A stretch of DNA of 64,000 nucleotides. Origin: Convolutriloba macropyga (Eukaryota). Both the position numbers and the translations under genes were made by a program. Location: assembly GCF_964194025.1 (NCBI RefSeq), contig NC_134470.1:47492001-47556000 (forward strand), given 5' to 3'. This document shows, one piece after another, positions 1 to 12,578 of the stretch. How positions within the stretch are numbered: position 1 is the first letter of the stretch; each line of letters begins with the position of its first letter. The notes beneath the pieces are model-generated. The model saw only the letters and a list, made by a program, of their open reading frames with translations. It searched no databases and was not told where the DNA came from.

Positions 1-129
1 AGGCCTTGACTTTTTTGTCGCCTCTGAGTTCTCGTTTTTCACAATTATATCTATCAAGGCTTCGTGTTTTGCCGGTATAATGAGTGTAATCAATAACAAA
101 GATTTAGAACTAAATTTGTCTGCCCTTTA

Positions 130-3100
130 GTTTTAAGCAGATTACTTAATTTTGTCTTGACCGCAAAAAAAAACGTTTTCGTTCATATTCAGTGTGCACT
201 TTTGATCACCAATCACCAACGATGCCCCTGTCTTTGTATTATCCTTAGATAAAAACATTTTTTGTGGCCAAATTCTGTTGTAGTTAATCTGATTTCTGAA
301 AATCCGCATTCTTTTGAAAAATTCGTGTCAACTAGTTGAGTTCAAAAATCAAAAAAGAAATTCAGCTCGAAGAGTTTTTATTACAATTTAAATTCAACAA
401 AAGTGAGAAGTAGGAAAGGGAACCACCGAATTGAGTCTCACAGCTATTATGAACTGTGATGTTCAAATTTTATCCGTTTGGCCCCCAGTGTTATCTTTAT
501 TTGCTTTTACCAAGATAACTTGGTCCCAGTGACCTTGCTCTGTTTTTTTCCCAAACACAGTATTTGGTCCCAACGAAAACGTTGTACAACATAATTATTC
601 TCTGACATGATTTCAGTTCTGATGTTTGAACCATAAATTTTTATGAGTGCTTAAAAGTACGGTCACATAAATATTGAGCCTTAGCTTCCGCCTAAAATAA
701 TTCGTCAATTTGTTCAGAAGAATTTTGAGGCTCGCTACTGATCTCATTGACACAATTGTTTTTTTTGCGGAAAGTGTCAAAAAGCTCTTTTCCGACCACT
801 TCAATAGCTTATCCAGATCGTTTTTCAATATTTGGGTCTTCTGATTTATTGATCTGTGAAAAAACTTCGGCGAATAGGTACAGCATCGTCGGCGAATAGG
901 TGAAGCACTGAGGAGAATGTTCGCGACATTGAGTTGATGCAGACGATGAACAAAACAGGCCCTAGCACCAAAACTTGCGGAAATCCGCTTACTACATTTG
1001 TGTTGTTCGAACAAGATTCACAAGACTCAATAATGTTAAGTCGTTGTTGTCTATCCAGTAATCCAGTAGGAAACTTAAAATTCCTTTCAACGTGTTGCCA
1101 GCAACTCCTATCTAGTTAAGTAGCTGTAAAAGTCTTTGGTGAGACACTGTATTGAATAATTTTCTGAACTCGAAAAAAATTGACTGACCTGCCTTCCTCA
1201 GCTGCGAGTATCATCTCGTCAATAATTTTATGAATATAAACAGCAGTATATCTTCTGGGCAAACAACGAAATTGCCTGTGGTTGATTTTATTATTACTGT
1301 TTATGTGTTTTATTAAGTGGCATCGCACAAATTTCGCCAATAATTTGGAACAATTTGATTTTAAGCTGACTGCTCGGTAGTTGTTGACATCTATTTTGGT
1401 CCCATCTTTATGTATTACTAAAATGTTGGCTTTTTTAAAATCTGATAGTAGGCCAAGAGTTTTTCATGCTTCTTCAAAATTTTCCCTCAGAAATTAATTT
1501 TTTTCGAAACTACATTTCTTATGGAAAATTGCTGGTTTTCCTTGTACTCAAGTAGCCTTCGAGGCTTCCAATTCTGAAAATGCTTCGCACACCTCTTGTC
1601 TTCTCTGCTCGATCTGAGAGAGAGGTTATCTGAGAGGTAGGTAGTTATTTACCTTTCCATAGAATATGTCCCTAGAGGCTCATTCGTGAATCCTGAAGCA
1701 AGAAACAATCTAGCACATCTTTGACTCAATGTTTTTCAAATTCTTAAAGTCTCTTTCTAGTCTATTCTCGCACTGCATTCCTGTACATTCTGTACTCCTT
1801 GTATCCGTTTTAAGTTTTATCTTTGCAGTATAGTTTCCAGGCAGTATTTTTTTCTGGTTGCATTTACAGTCTCAGTTTTCAACGCACTTCTGGTTTTTCC
1901 AGTTTGTTTCGATGCTTTAACATTTGCCATAAAGACTTCCTGTTTCAAGCACTGGCAGAAGTTTCTAAAGTCATAAATTTTAAAACTTGGGCTGTATTTT
2001 TTCGGTAAATATTCAGTTTCGATTGGGAGCTCAGTTTTTGAAATCCAGGGTCACTTTTGCCCACAGGCTCTCCTATTTCAATTTCTATTGGTTCAATTGA
2101 GCAATCAGTGAAAAGATTTAGCAATGAACTTCCCCGGTGTCTATTTGTTTTGATTCCCAGACGCATTTTTATAGAAAAGTTTCATTGACACCTTCCAAAA
2201 AAAATAATTTTCAAATTTTTGCCTGAAAGCGTTGTTTTGGGCAATTAAAAACAATGTTGAACGTGATGGAGGTTCCAATAGATTTTTAGTTATTATTGAG
2301 TGCTCGATCGGTTTCCTCGTTTGATTTGGTGCTCTGTACTCCGAAGTGAGATGTACAATTTTTCCAGTAAGTCTTATTTCAAGGTGCTGCATATCATCAA
2401 ATATATTGTGATTGTGATGGTTTACATATTAAAGGGTATCACAAACGTAAATCATCAGTCCACGTCCGGTGGAATTCGGACTAATTTATTTCGCTATCAA
2501 GCTTCATTCTTCCAGTTGGTGCCACATTAGATTCGATTCGCAGATAGAGTTTTATGTTTTGCTTGAGTAACTGCAAAATTGTCAAGTTAGCCCCCCGCTG
2601 TTGCATAATTCTGTTATCTGTTATCATCTCATCAAACTTCTTGAGGACAAATGTCTCTGCATTTGTAAACCAGAATAGAAACTTCTTCATTAGGAGCTCT
2701 TTTGCTTCTTATCACTTTCATTTGTTTTCTCTTACTATGTGTATGTAGTGTCCGTTGCCTTTGTTCGCTTTTGAGACCAATGTTTTCGCAACTTCACGAT
2801 ATTTAAGACATCTGTCTGGAGAAAACCGCAATTTTTGCAGATTTTTGTCTGCATGTTTTGTTTTATTTACGTTTCTGAACACTGACGCAACATCTGTGTC
2901 CGACAGAAACGAAAAAAGCATTGGTCGGTCGTTCTCGGGTTGTTCATTACCACTGCTTCTGTATTATTTTTTTGTAATGTTTGTATGGTCACACTCACAC
3001 TCCATAGCATTCAAGAATTATTGCACAATTTCTTTGTCTCCCTCCTCGGCTTCAGCTAATTCTTCATTATTCTTTTTCTCCTCATCGGCCCGGATCCTCT

Positions 3101-3500
3101 TAGCTCTTCTTCCTCATATTTTTGCTCTCATGTTGCCTTAAAATTTTTTTCCTTTGGCAATCAATTTTTTTTGGGTTCGTTTTCCAGACTCCCATTTCCT
3201 TCGCATAATTTTCATTATAATTGTCTATTTGAGCTTTTGCTTTTCCTCCACCAATAAAGCAATAGAAATTGTCCATGAGATTTTTCACGAAAAATATTGT
3301 TTTATCTAGGTCACATCGTATCTCTGCTATCCCGTTTTAGTCATGGATCATCAGTGACACTTCTCAGCAATTGGAACACAAATTTCACAACACCACAAAA
3401 CTTAAGGCCTCGTCATGTCATAAACTGCTGCCGACATGAGGCACTTGCAACAAAGTATTTATTGCATCTGCCACATTCCGTTACCTTGCCATAAAGTTTT
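130..3500 (-). mobile_element. Decayed LINE (CR1/L2/Jockey-group-like): ORF2 (APE endonuclease + reverse transcriptase) remnant at ~130-2600, preceded by an ORF1 remnant
   Basis: Minus-strand fragments broken by stops and frameshifts occur in LINE order: endonuclease YRAPN (~2330) and RGSSLLNLF...EPVGKSD (~2050-2140); RT NNYRAVSLKSNCSKLLAKFVR...HRQF (~1270-1390), SGFPQVLVLGPVLF (~950-990), LFADD (885-899) and NDLDKLLKWSEK (~790-820). A Cys-rich ECGRCNKY...WCCEIC (PHD-like) stretch at ~3380-3480 suggests ORF1. Confidence 0.8.
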
Positions 3501-3929
3501 TTACTTTTCTCACAGTACTATTGTCACTCTCCAGTGCCCCGCTTGTTGAATTTAGTGCTTTTCCACAGCTTTAGTGCATCTTGACGGAAATGTAAAAAAA
3601 ACGAACAACGTAGGCCGCAACAGAAAAACCAAATTTCCGGTTGAGCTGTTCAGGATTACATTTCAAAACACTTGAAGATCATGGTCACTAGATGATTAAC
3701 AAGAAGTTGTATCAGTTTTATTTTTTTTTGGTTCTTGTTCTACTGCGGTCTTTTCGGGTGTTTGGCTTCCTCGTTTCCTTTCTTTGATGGGTTTTCGTGG
3801 CCTTCGGTTTTTCTGACCGCCTTCTTTGTGGCAAGGTTTCAGATTACTCTTTTCTCTATGTACACTTCAGAAGACCAGCAGTTGGAGGGCGTTTGATGGG
3901 TGGGTTTTCAACAAATCTGCACTGTTCTT

Positions 3930-5690
3930 CAGCGTTTCTTGTTGAGAACAGTTCTGATTCAACATCTACTACTGTTTTTGGAAGTCCTAGCAGCTCATCC
4001 TAGCTGCTCCTCCTGCTTTTTGAGTAACACAATCGAGATACTACTGGATGAGTTTTCACGAAGCCAACCAATGAGCTTAAGAACAGGATAGTCTGTGTCG
4101 TTGATTTTCTTTCTTCATTTATCGATATGCTGATGACGTTGTGGTGGATAATTACTTCCCCTGCTCCGCTCAGTTCTCCCCAGAGAACAATTGTTGGAGA
4201 TTCTTGAATGGATTTTTGATTGCAGGACTGAGACTCAATCCGCTCTATCCACCTCTATATAAGTTCCTCTAGAGCTGTTTTCTGAATTTCTCTTGATCAC
4301 CTTCTTCTTGGCCGGAGCCTTTGGTATTTAGTCATCAGACATTTATATGAATGAGTTCCAGGCCTCGAAGACCAAAACATTGGTGCCAAGACAATCTGGG
4401 GTCTAGATTTTTGAGGAGTAGTGTCTCGTGATTCTCAAGTCTCCTTAAAACCATCTTTCAGGACATATCAGAACATGTGTTGTATGAACCAAACATGCCG
4501 TGTAGCCACTCTATTTATTAGCTTTGAGATCACAGTTGCAACAGTACTCTGTGATTAAATTTCTGTGACTTTTCGCATACGTCTGGTTCGCCCCAAACTT
4601 ACACAGTGTGTGCTACTGAGAAACTTTCATTACAGATAATAATTGTGCTCAGGGATCACACACAGTTTTCTTCAAGTAATCATCAACTTTAGGTTAACAC
4701 AGTGTAGCATTAATCCCAAACTTCCTCGCATCTCCATCGCGCTAACCCTGCTTGAGTTGCCCACTACCATGGGTTTCAGGCCAATTAGAGTTTGCAAGAG
4801 ACTTTAGTTGGAGTATAGCCAAATCAGTACTGACCAACTAAATTTCATCTACTGATCTCGATTTCACATCCGTCACTTTTCCATTTTCAAGCCAGTAAAG
4901 CTATCTTTCGTTCATTGGAGACATTTTCAACAGGCGGAAAACCGGTAACGTGACTTCAAAAAACACTTTTTTTCAGTAGGGCCTTACGGACAACCACCAT
5001 TTCTCCCTCCTTTCAAGGGCGCTTTTCAAAACTCCGTCTCAACTCCTTCATCTCAGATTTTTGCCAGCTTTCATGGGTATCGGAATGTTAGGAGTTCCAA
5101 GCAAAATTTGTTCTGAGTCCATGAGTCCAGGGTAAGTTGCTCAGGGGACACTCTTCAGACTAAACTAACTACCGACAACTGTACTGGTGGCAGTTAATCA
5201 GAACACCGCGTGGAGGTTGCGGATCAGGTCTACGCCGTGGTTTACTTAACCTGCTATAAACATGTTTGTCTCAGCAATGTGCTTCCGTGTCCACAATTTC
5301 CAGAACGGGTGGCGTTGGGCTTTCAATATTTCTGAACTGTTTTTTTCCTGCCGTTTCTAGTTGAGAACAGCCTCGACTTAACGTCAACTAGTGCTATTGG
5401 AAGTCTGGTTAACTTCTCATCCCACTTCTCTCATCCCCTCAACCACTCATCCCACTGAAAAAAAAACAATTTTCTGGATGAAATTTCACCAAGCCAAACC
5501 AAGGAGCGTAACAATAGGACATGTTGTGTTGTTCTCGCTTTTGTGAGCAGATGTCAAATTGCTGATGACCCCGCAGTAGATATATACTTCTGCTGCTCCG
5601 ATTTTGGTTTCAATATTAATACTAAACCCGCCTATTCCACCTCTATATTTGTTCCTTTAGAACTGTTTTCTGAATTTTCCTCTTGTTAGC
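3930..5690. repeat. Pair of diverged ~350-bp direct repeats (~3930-4300 and ~5350-5690)
   Basis: Both copies share collinear blocks: GTTGAGAACAG...TTGGAAGTC, CTGGATGA..TTTCAC.AAGCCAA, and CCACCTCTATA....TTCCT.TAGA.CTGTTTTCTGAATTT. Confidence 0.7.
4330..5330 (-). mobile_element. Possible highly degenerate Ty3/Gypsy pol fragment (end of RNase H to integrase zinc finger)
   Basis: Minus-strand pieces AG*VNHGVDLIR (resembles PGK.N..ADALSR), CVIPE, and HTLCKFGANQTYAK...ITEYCCNCD (resembles integrase H-G-KT...Y-C-C). The similarity is weak and broken. Confidence 0.3.
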
Positions 5691-6994
5691 TTAAAGACAC
5701 GAGTTAAACAACTGGCTCCGTTAAGTGTCACCACAAGTTGAATAGAATAAACCGCTTCACACAAAAATGATAGAGGTTGGGGGCTTAAAAGATGATTTGT
5801 TCCTGTACTCTAGCGCATTTAATTTCGAATCACACAATTCGAAAAGGATTTGGCTGTTTAATAAGTATATCATAACAATTACTGTTCACTTCAGTCAAAA
5901 ATTTTTGTTTTTATCGCTGACTCTTGCTGCCATACTCGGTATACAGAAGGCAGCCATCTAGCTTTCAATTATTTCTTTTTCATAACACATCCTTACACAG
6001 TACTCGAGATCTCTTAGAGTTAGGTTCTTTGAGCACTTTAATTTCTTGGAGGTAAGTTCGGGTGCGAAGACTATATTTTATGGAAAAACAAATGTTCTTT
6101 AGCTTCCAAAATAAATATTCAGTACGTGAAAAAAATTGAAGAGGCTTTTGGTTGCTGGATTGGACTCAATCTGCTTATTCCACATCTATGAATGTTCATC
6201 GCGAGATGTTTTCTTATTTTCTTTCTGTTAATGAGATTATGGGATAAAGCAATAGCACCATTGAATGGTACCGTAAGATGGATAGAATAGAATAGCTTCC
6301 GCCTCAATTGCTAGAAGCTGTGGGAGTTTAAATAGAATTTGATTCAGTCCTCCGGCACGTTCAATGTGAAAACACAAGTTAAAAAAGGGAAATTGCTGTT
6401 TTATAGGTTTGTCCTAACTATTAACTGGGCCGAGTTTGTCAAATTTATGGAAGATCAGCAGTAACTAACGTTAACAAGTCGGAAATTCCAACGCAATTTT
6501 GTTACAAAATTTTGGGTAGCATGCGTTGAATTTAGCGTAGATCTTACATGTTTTGCGGTGAATTTAGCGTAGATCTTACAAGTTTTGCGTTGAATTTAGC
6601 GCAGATCTTACATATTTTGTTTTAATTTAGCGGTGATCTTACATATTTTGCGTTGAATTTAGCGTAGATTTCACAAAAACATTCATTGCCGAAAACTCTG
6701 GGTGTGGGAGTCGAAGCACTGACCTCATGCTTACTTGTCGCCTCTTTTACCACTATGCCACAGATCGTTACTTTTCTTAGGATCCGCACTCTTTTCAAAT
6801 CGGACTGTAACATCACTTTTCACATAATTTTGGCGTTTCTATGCGTAGATCTTACATATTTTTGCCTGACTTCAGCTTAGAACTGATTCGATATTTTTTC
6901 AAGTTTTGCTCTAATTTTCTGTCTTTTCAACACTGTCCAGTTTTTATTGTACGCAACCGGTTTCTGATTTTTTGAAAAAAAATCTCAAAAAAAT

Positions 6995-7292
6995 CCCCCC
7001 AACCCCAAGTACCCCCCTCACCACACGTACCCCCAAACGCGTACCCTAACCTAACCCCTCAATATACCCCGCCCAATTCACACCCCCCCTCACGTGCCCC
7101 CGCGTACTCCATCCCCCCTCACCACACGTACACCCCCACACAGCCCCCCCCCCCCCCCGCCTCGTACCCCCCCCCCACCACCTGACCCCCCTCGTACCCC
7201 CTCCCACACGTACTCCTCTAGACTGCGCACTCCCCCTCATGACGTAGCCCCACTTCTCCCCCTCCCTCCACGTACGCCACCCCCACCACACA
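6995..7292. repeat. C-rich low-complexity tract (recurring CGTACCCC motif; G-rich on the minus strand)
   Basis: Long C runs of up to ~16 nt with recurring CACGTAC/CGTACC. This tract is the source of the spurious Pro/Gly-rich ORFs 7046-7381. Confidence 0.85.
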
Positions 7293-7332
7293 AAAATCGA
7301 AAAGAAAAATTTTGTAGTGTCAACGGTATATT

Positions 7333-9775
7333 CAATGCAAAATATGTAAGATCTACGCTAAATTCAACGCAAAATAAGTGAGATCAACGCTAAATTCAAC
7401 GCTAAAGATGTAAGCTCTACGCTAAACTGAACGCAAATATTTAAGATTGGCCTTGAATGCGTTGACAAAATGTGAGATCTACGTTTAACTCAACAAAAAT
7501 ATTTAAGATCTGCGCTAAATTCAACGCAAAATATTTAAGATCTACGCTAAATTCAACGCAAAATATGTAAGATTGGCGTTGACTGCGTTGAATTTTTGTA
7601 AGATCTATGCTAAATTCAATGCAAAATATGTAAGATCTACGTTAAATTCAACGCAAAATATATAAGATTTACGCTAAATTCAACGCGAAATATGTAGGAC
7701 TGGCAATGAATGCGTTCAATTTATGTCAGGTCTACGCTAAATTCAATGCAAAATATGTAAGATCTAAGCTAAATTCAACGCAAAATATGTAAGATTGGCG
7801 TTGACTGCGTTGAATTTTTGTAAGATCTATGCTAAATTCAATGCAAAATATGTAAGATCTACGTTAAATTCAACGCAAAATATATAAGATTTACGCTAAA
7901 TTCAACGCGAAATATGTAGGACTGGCAATGAATGCGTTCAATTTATGTCAGGTCTACGCTAAATTCAATGCAAAATATGTAAGATCTAAGCTAAATTCAA
8001 CGCTAAATATGTAAGATCTACGCTAAATTCAACGGAAAACATGTGAGATTGGCGTTGATTGCGTTGAAAATATGTGAGATCTACGCTTAATTCAATGCAA
8101 AATATACAAGATTTAGGCTAAATTCAACCCAAAATATGTGGAATTGGCGTTGAATGCGTTCAAACTATGTAGGATCTACGCTAAATTCAACTCAAAAAAA
8201 TATAAAATCTACGCTAAATTCAACATAAAAAATGTAAGATCTACGCTAAATTCAACGCTAAATAGAAAAGCTCTACTTTGAATTCAAGGCAATATATGTA
8301 AGATCTACGCTAAATTCAACGCAAAACATGTAGGATTGGCGTTGAATGCGTTCAATTTATGTAAGATCTACGCTAAACTCAGTGAAAAATATGTGAGATC
8401 CACGCTAAATTCAACGCAAAATATATAAGATCTACGCTAAATTCAACGCAAAATATACAAGATTTACACCAAATTCAACGCAAAATATATAAGATTTACG
8501 CTAAATTCAACGCAAAATATCTAGATTTGGCGTTGAATGCGTTCAACTATTGTAAGATCTACGCTAAATTCAATGAAAAATATGTAGGACTGGCATTGAA
8601 TGCGTTCAATTTATGTCAGGTCTACGCTAAATTCAATGAAAAATATGTAAGATCTAAGCTAAATTCCACGCAAAATATATAAGATCTACGCTGAATTCAA
8701 CGCTAAATATGTAAGATATACTCTAAATTCAACGCAAAACATGTGAGATTGGCGTTGATTGCAGTGAAAATATGTGAGATCTACGCTTAATTCAACGCAC
8801 AATACACAAGATTTAGTCTAAATTCAACGCAAAATATGTGGAATTGGCGTTGAATGCGTTCAAATTTTGTAGGATCTACGCTAAATTCAATGAGAAATAT
8901 ATACGGTCTATGCTAAATTCAACGCACAATGTGTAAGATCTACGTTGAATTCAACGCTAAATATGTAAACTCTACTTCGAATTCAACGCAAAATATGTAA
9001 GATCTACGGTAAATTGAACTCGAAATGTGTAAGATCTACGCTAAATTGAACTCGAAATATGTGAGATTGGCGTTGATTGCGTTGAAAATATGTGAGATCT
9101 ACGCTTAATTCAACGAAAATATCTAAGATCTACGGTAAATTGAACGCAAAATATTTAAGATCTACGATAAATTGAACTCAAAATATGTAAGATTGGCGTT
9201 GAATGCGTTGAATTTATGTGAGATCTACGCTAAATTCAACGCAAAATATGTAAGTTCTACGCTAAATTCAACGCAAAATATTTAAGATCTACGCTAAATT
9301 GAATTCGAAATATTTAAGATGTACGCTAAATTGAACTCAAAATATGTGAGATTGGCGTTGATTGCGTTGAAAATATGTGAGATCTACGCTAAATTCAACG
9401 CAAAATATGTAAGTTCTACGCTAAATTCAACGCAAAATATGTAAGATTTACGCTAAATTGAACGCAAAATATTTAAGATCTACGTTAAATTGAACTCAAA
9501 ATATGTGAGATTGGCGTTGATTGCGTCGAAAATATGTGAGATCTACGCTTAATTCAACGAAAATATATAAGATCTACGGTAAATTGAACGCAAAATATTT
9601 AAGATCTACGCTAAATTGAACTCAAAATATGTAAGATTGGCGTTGAATGCGTTGAATTTATATGAGATCTACGCTAAATTCAACGCAAAATATGTAAGAT
9701 TTACGCTAAGTTCAACGCAAAATATGTAAGATTAGCGTTCAATGCGTTGAATTTATTTAAGATCAACGCTTGAGC
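7333..9775 (+). repeat. Minisatellite of 32-bp A units (AAGATCTACGCTAAATTCAACGCAAAATATGT) and 31-bp B units (AAGATTGGCGTTGAATGCGTTGAATTTATGT), roughly 75-78 units estimated from length
   Basis: Tandem units are directly visible. A 222-bp higher-order block (5A+2B) starts at 7571 and recurs at 7793. Confidence 0.95.
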
Positions 9776-10383
9776 GTATATCTCACATGAATTCAACAGT
9801 TTCAACGCCAATGTTACTTAATTTTGCGTTTTTTAGCGTTGAAACCCCAGCCCGGTTAGGTTGTTAGTCTCAGATCAATTTGTTTATCACAAGTTTTGAT
9901 CCCGTCAGAAGGAAAATTCTGTTGTTCTCGCTGACTGTTGCTGCCAATCTGCGTAGACAGATGGCAACCTTCTAGATTTCAATTATTTCTTTTTCATGTT
10001 TCGTCCATGCACAGTTCTCCTTTTCCCTTACGGTTGGTTCTCTATAAGCACTTCATCACTTTAGTTCTCTCAAGGAAAGTTTGTGCCTGATGAATATATT
10101 CTATAGAAAAACAAAGGTTCTTTAGCGTCCAAAATAAATCAGTACTTGAAATAAAAGAAAAAACGATTAGGTTATGAGAGGCCGATGGTAAGCTGAATTA
10201 TAACCATCAAGGAATTATTGATGTCTCTTCGTTTTTTTCCTAAAAACGGTAGTTGTATCGTTGTTTTTTGCCCATTATCTGTTATTGGTTTGAAAAATTC
10301 AATTAAACAGTTCGTTTGTGTCTACCGAATGCGTCTCTCTTGGTAAAATGCGTATCAAAGAACTGATAGCTAGTTCACTGCTT

Positions 10384-10943
10384 CCCAGGCTGAGGTCGCA
10401 GACCGAAACCAGATATGTCCAGACCGAAATGAACGCACGAAGGGGGTGTCGTGCGTTCAAAATTAAACGGTCTGGAAACACGTATGAACGCACGATGGTT
10501 TGGACATGAACGCACTATGGTTTGGACATGAACGCACTATGGTTTTGACATGAACGCACGATGGTTTGGACATGAACGCACTATGGTTTGGACATGAACG
10601 CACTATGGTTTGGACATGAACGCACTATGGTTTGGACATGAACGCACTATGGTTTGGACATGAACGCACTATGGTTTGGACATGAACGCACTATGGTTTG
10701 GACATGAACGCACTATGGTTTGGACATGAACGCACGATGGTTTGGACATGAACGCACTATGGTTTGGACATGAACGCACGATGGTTTGGACATGAACGCA
10801 CTATGGTTTGGACATGAACGCACTATGGTTTGGACATGAACGCACTGTGGTTTGGACATGAACGCACTATGGTTTGGACATGAACGCACTATGGTTTGGA
10901 CATGAACGCACTATGGTTTGGACATGAACGCACGATGGTCTGG
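10384..10943. mobile_element. Terminus of a CCCAG-ended EnSpm/CACTA-like element followed by an expanded 22-bp array
   Basis: It starts CCCAGGCTGAGGTCGCAGACCGAAA...ATGTCCAGACCGAAATGAACGCAC and matches the reverse complement of the end at 12578 over ~100 bp. Confidence 0.7.
10485..10943 (+). repeat. 22-bp tandem array TGAACGCACTATGGTTTGGACA, 20 full copies plus one partial
   Basis: Near-perfect head-to-tail units from 10485; the last (partial) unit starts at 10925. No spacers. Confidence 0.97.
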
Positions 10944-11456
10944 TGACCGCACCAATTGACAAATCCCAAGATCATTTATTCCTTAAAGTATCCATTCTAG
11001 GTCGTTTTTTTTGACGTTTTCCGTCATTTTTGAGAATCTTTTCTCTTTTAAAAGTCTCGTAAAAGAGAAATATAAAATAAAAATTAAAATTCGAAAATTA
11101 AAATTATTGTGCATTAAAATTAAAAATAAAAGTAAAACATCACAAAATAAAACTAGTTTGTAATAGGCGAGCCTGTCATACAATTTTAAGCGAGGAATAC
11201 TACACTGCCTCCGTCGTATAAATTTAAAGGTTTTCCCTTCACTCACGTATTTTTTGGTTCGTTTACTTATGGCTCCTGTTTGAGTTAATTGCCCTCTAAT
11301 TTTTTTTCCATTTGATTTCAAACTTTTTCCACAGGTAAGAGCTCTTACATGTCACATAATTGATCTCTTCAAACAAATATTCATGATCATCTTTATTCTG
11401 ATGACGTAGAAAAGATACGGTTTAGAATTGCTCATGTTTTATACCTGTTGGGTCCT

Positions 11457-12578
11457 CCCAGGTTGAGGTGCCAGACTGAAAGTCGATATGTCCAGACCGT
11501 CCGAGACGGAAAGTGTCTATGTCCAGACCCTACCAGACGGAAAGTGCCTATGTCCAGACTTTCGTGCGTTCAAAATTTTTCGTGCGTTCATCGTGCGTTC
11601 AAAACTCCCTATGTCCAGACTTTCGTGCGTTCAAAATCTTATATGACCAGACTTTAGTGCGTTCCAAATTAAAATTCGTGCGCTCATTTGTGCGTTCAAA
11701 AACACCTATGTCCAGACTTTCGTGCGTTCAAACGTGCTTATGTCCAGACTTTCGCGCGTTCAAAATCTTATATGACCAGAGTTTAGTGCGTTCTAAATGA
11801 AAAATCGTGCGCTCATTTGTGCGTTCATGTCCAGACTATCGTGCGTTCAAGAACACCTATGTCCAGACTTTCGTGCGTTCAAAAATGCGTATGTCCAGAC
11901 TTTCTTGCGTTCATGTTCAGATAACGTTTTTATAATGTATTCGTTTCAAATATAGATACGTTAGGGTGATGGTTGTGATGAAGTGCCCAAGCAGTTCCTA
12001 CATTTTGTTTAATAAAAGATGTTCGATGAAAGCATTGGCTGAAGGGGCTGCCAGCGACCTAGTTATTAAAGTATGATTTGCTTTGCAACTTCAGCAAGGG
12101 TTTATAATTCTAGGTAGGAAATTGTTTTAAACAAAGCAAAATGTTGGATGCGAGTTTTCCTGCGTTCGATGTTTTGTAACTTTTGAACTCAAGTTAGTTG
12201 AGGTTTTCTTGGTAGAAAGCTTTCACTTGAGTGAGCACTCTATTAAGAGTGTTTAGTCAAACATGGACTCATTAGTTTTTGGCATTCTTGTTTCCATTCA
12301 AAAAATTTTCGTGCGCTCCGAGTCACAATGTCCAGACTTTCGTGCGTTCAAAATTGCGTATGTCCAGACTATCGTGCGTTCACAATTGCATATGTCCAGA
12401 CTATCGTGCGTTCAAAATTGCATATGTCCAGACTATCGTGCGTTCAAAATTGCATATGTCCAGACTATCGTGCGTTCATTTTCTTTTCCAGACCGTGTAA
12501 TTTTGAACGCACGACGCCACCTTGTGCGTTCATTTCGGTCTGGACATATCGACTTTCGGTCTGGGACCTCAACCTGGG
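11457..12578. mobile_element. Non-autonomous EnSpm/CACTA(CMC)-like element with ~32-bp subterminal repeats
   Basis: TIRs CCCAGGTTGAGGT...ACCTCAACCTGGG with a 2-bp direct flank CT/CT. Repeated TGTCCAGACT(A/T)TCGTGCGTTCAAAA units at ~11510-11915 and ~12330-12480. CCC ends, a 2-3-bp TSD and subterminal repeat arrays are typical of CMC/EnSpm. Confidence 0.7.

Larger units (their letters stand above)
6424..9856. mobile_element. Non-autonomous TIR-type element carrying inverted 32-bp repeat arrays
   Basis: Imperfect TIRs ACTGGGCCGAGTTT (6424) and, reverse-complemented, ACCGGGCTGGGGTTT (ends 9856), with TA on both flanks. A short reverse-oriented array at ~6521-6672 faces a long forward array at ~7333-9775. 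No transposase ORF. Confidence 0.55.
5900..10150. repeat. Diverged ~230-bp direct repeats at ~5900-6130 and ~9915-10150, on either side of the satellite-bearing element
   Basis: Shared blocks TCGCTGACT.TTGCTGCCA, TTTCAATTATTTCTTTTTCAT and GAAAAACAAA.GTTCTTTAGC.TCCAAAATAAAT. Confidence 0.7.

Noticed and set aside
7046-7381. Pro-rich and Gly-rich ORFs on both strands
   Set aside because: They are translations of the C-rich low-complexity tract and run into the satellite.
7333-10943. CRISPR-like appearance of the 32-bp and 22-bp arrays
   Set aside because: Units are head-to-tail with no unique spacers, there are no cas-like ORFs, and the context is eukaryotic (introns, LTR elements, LINEs).
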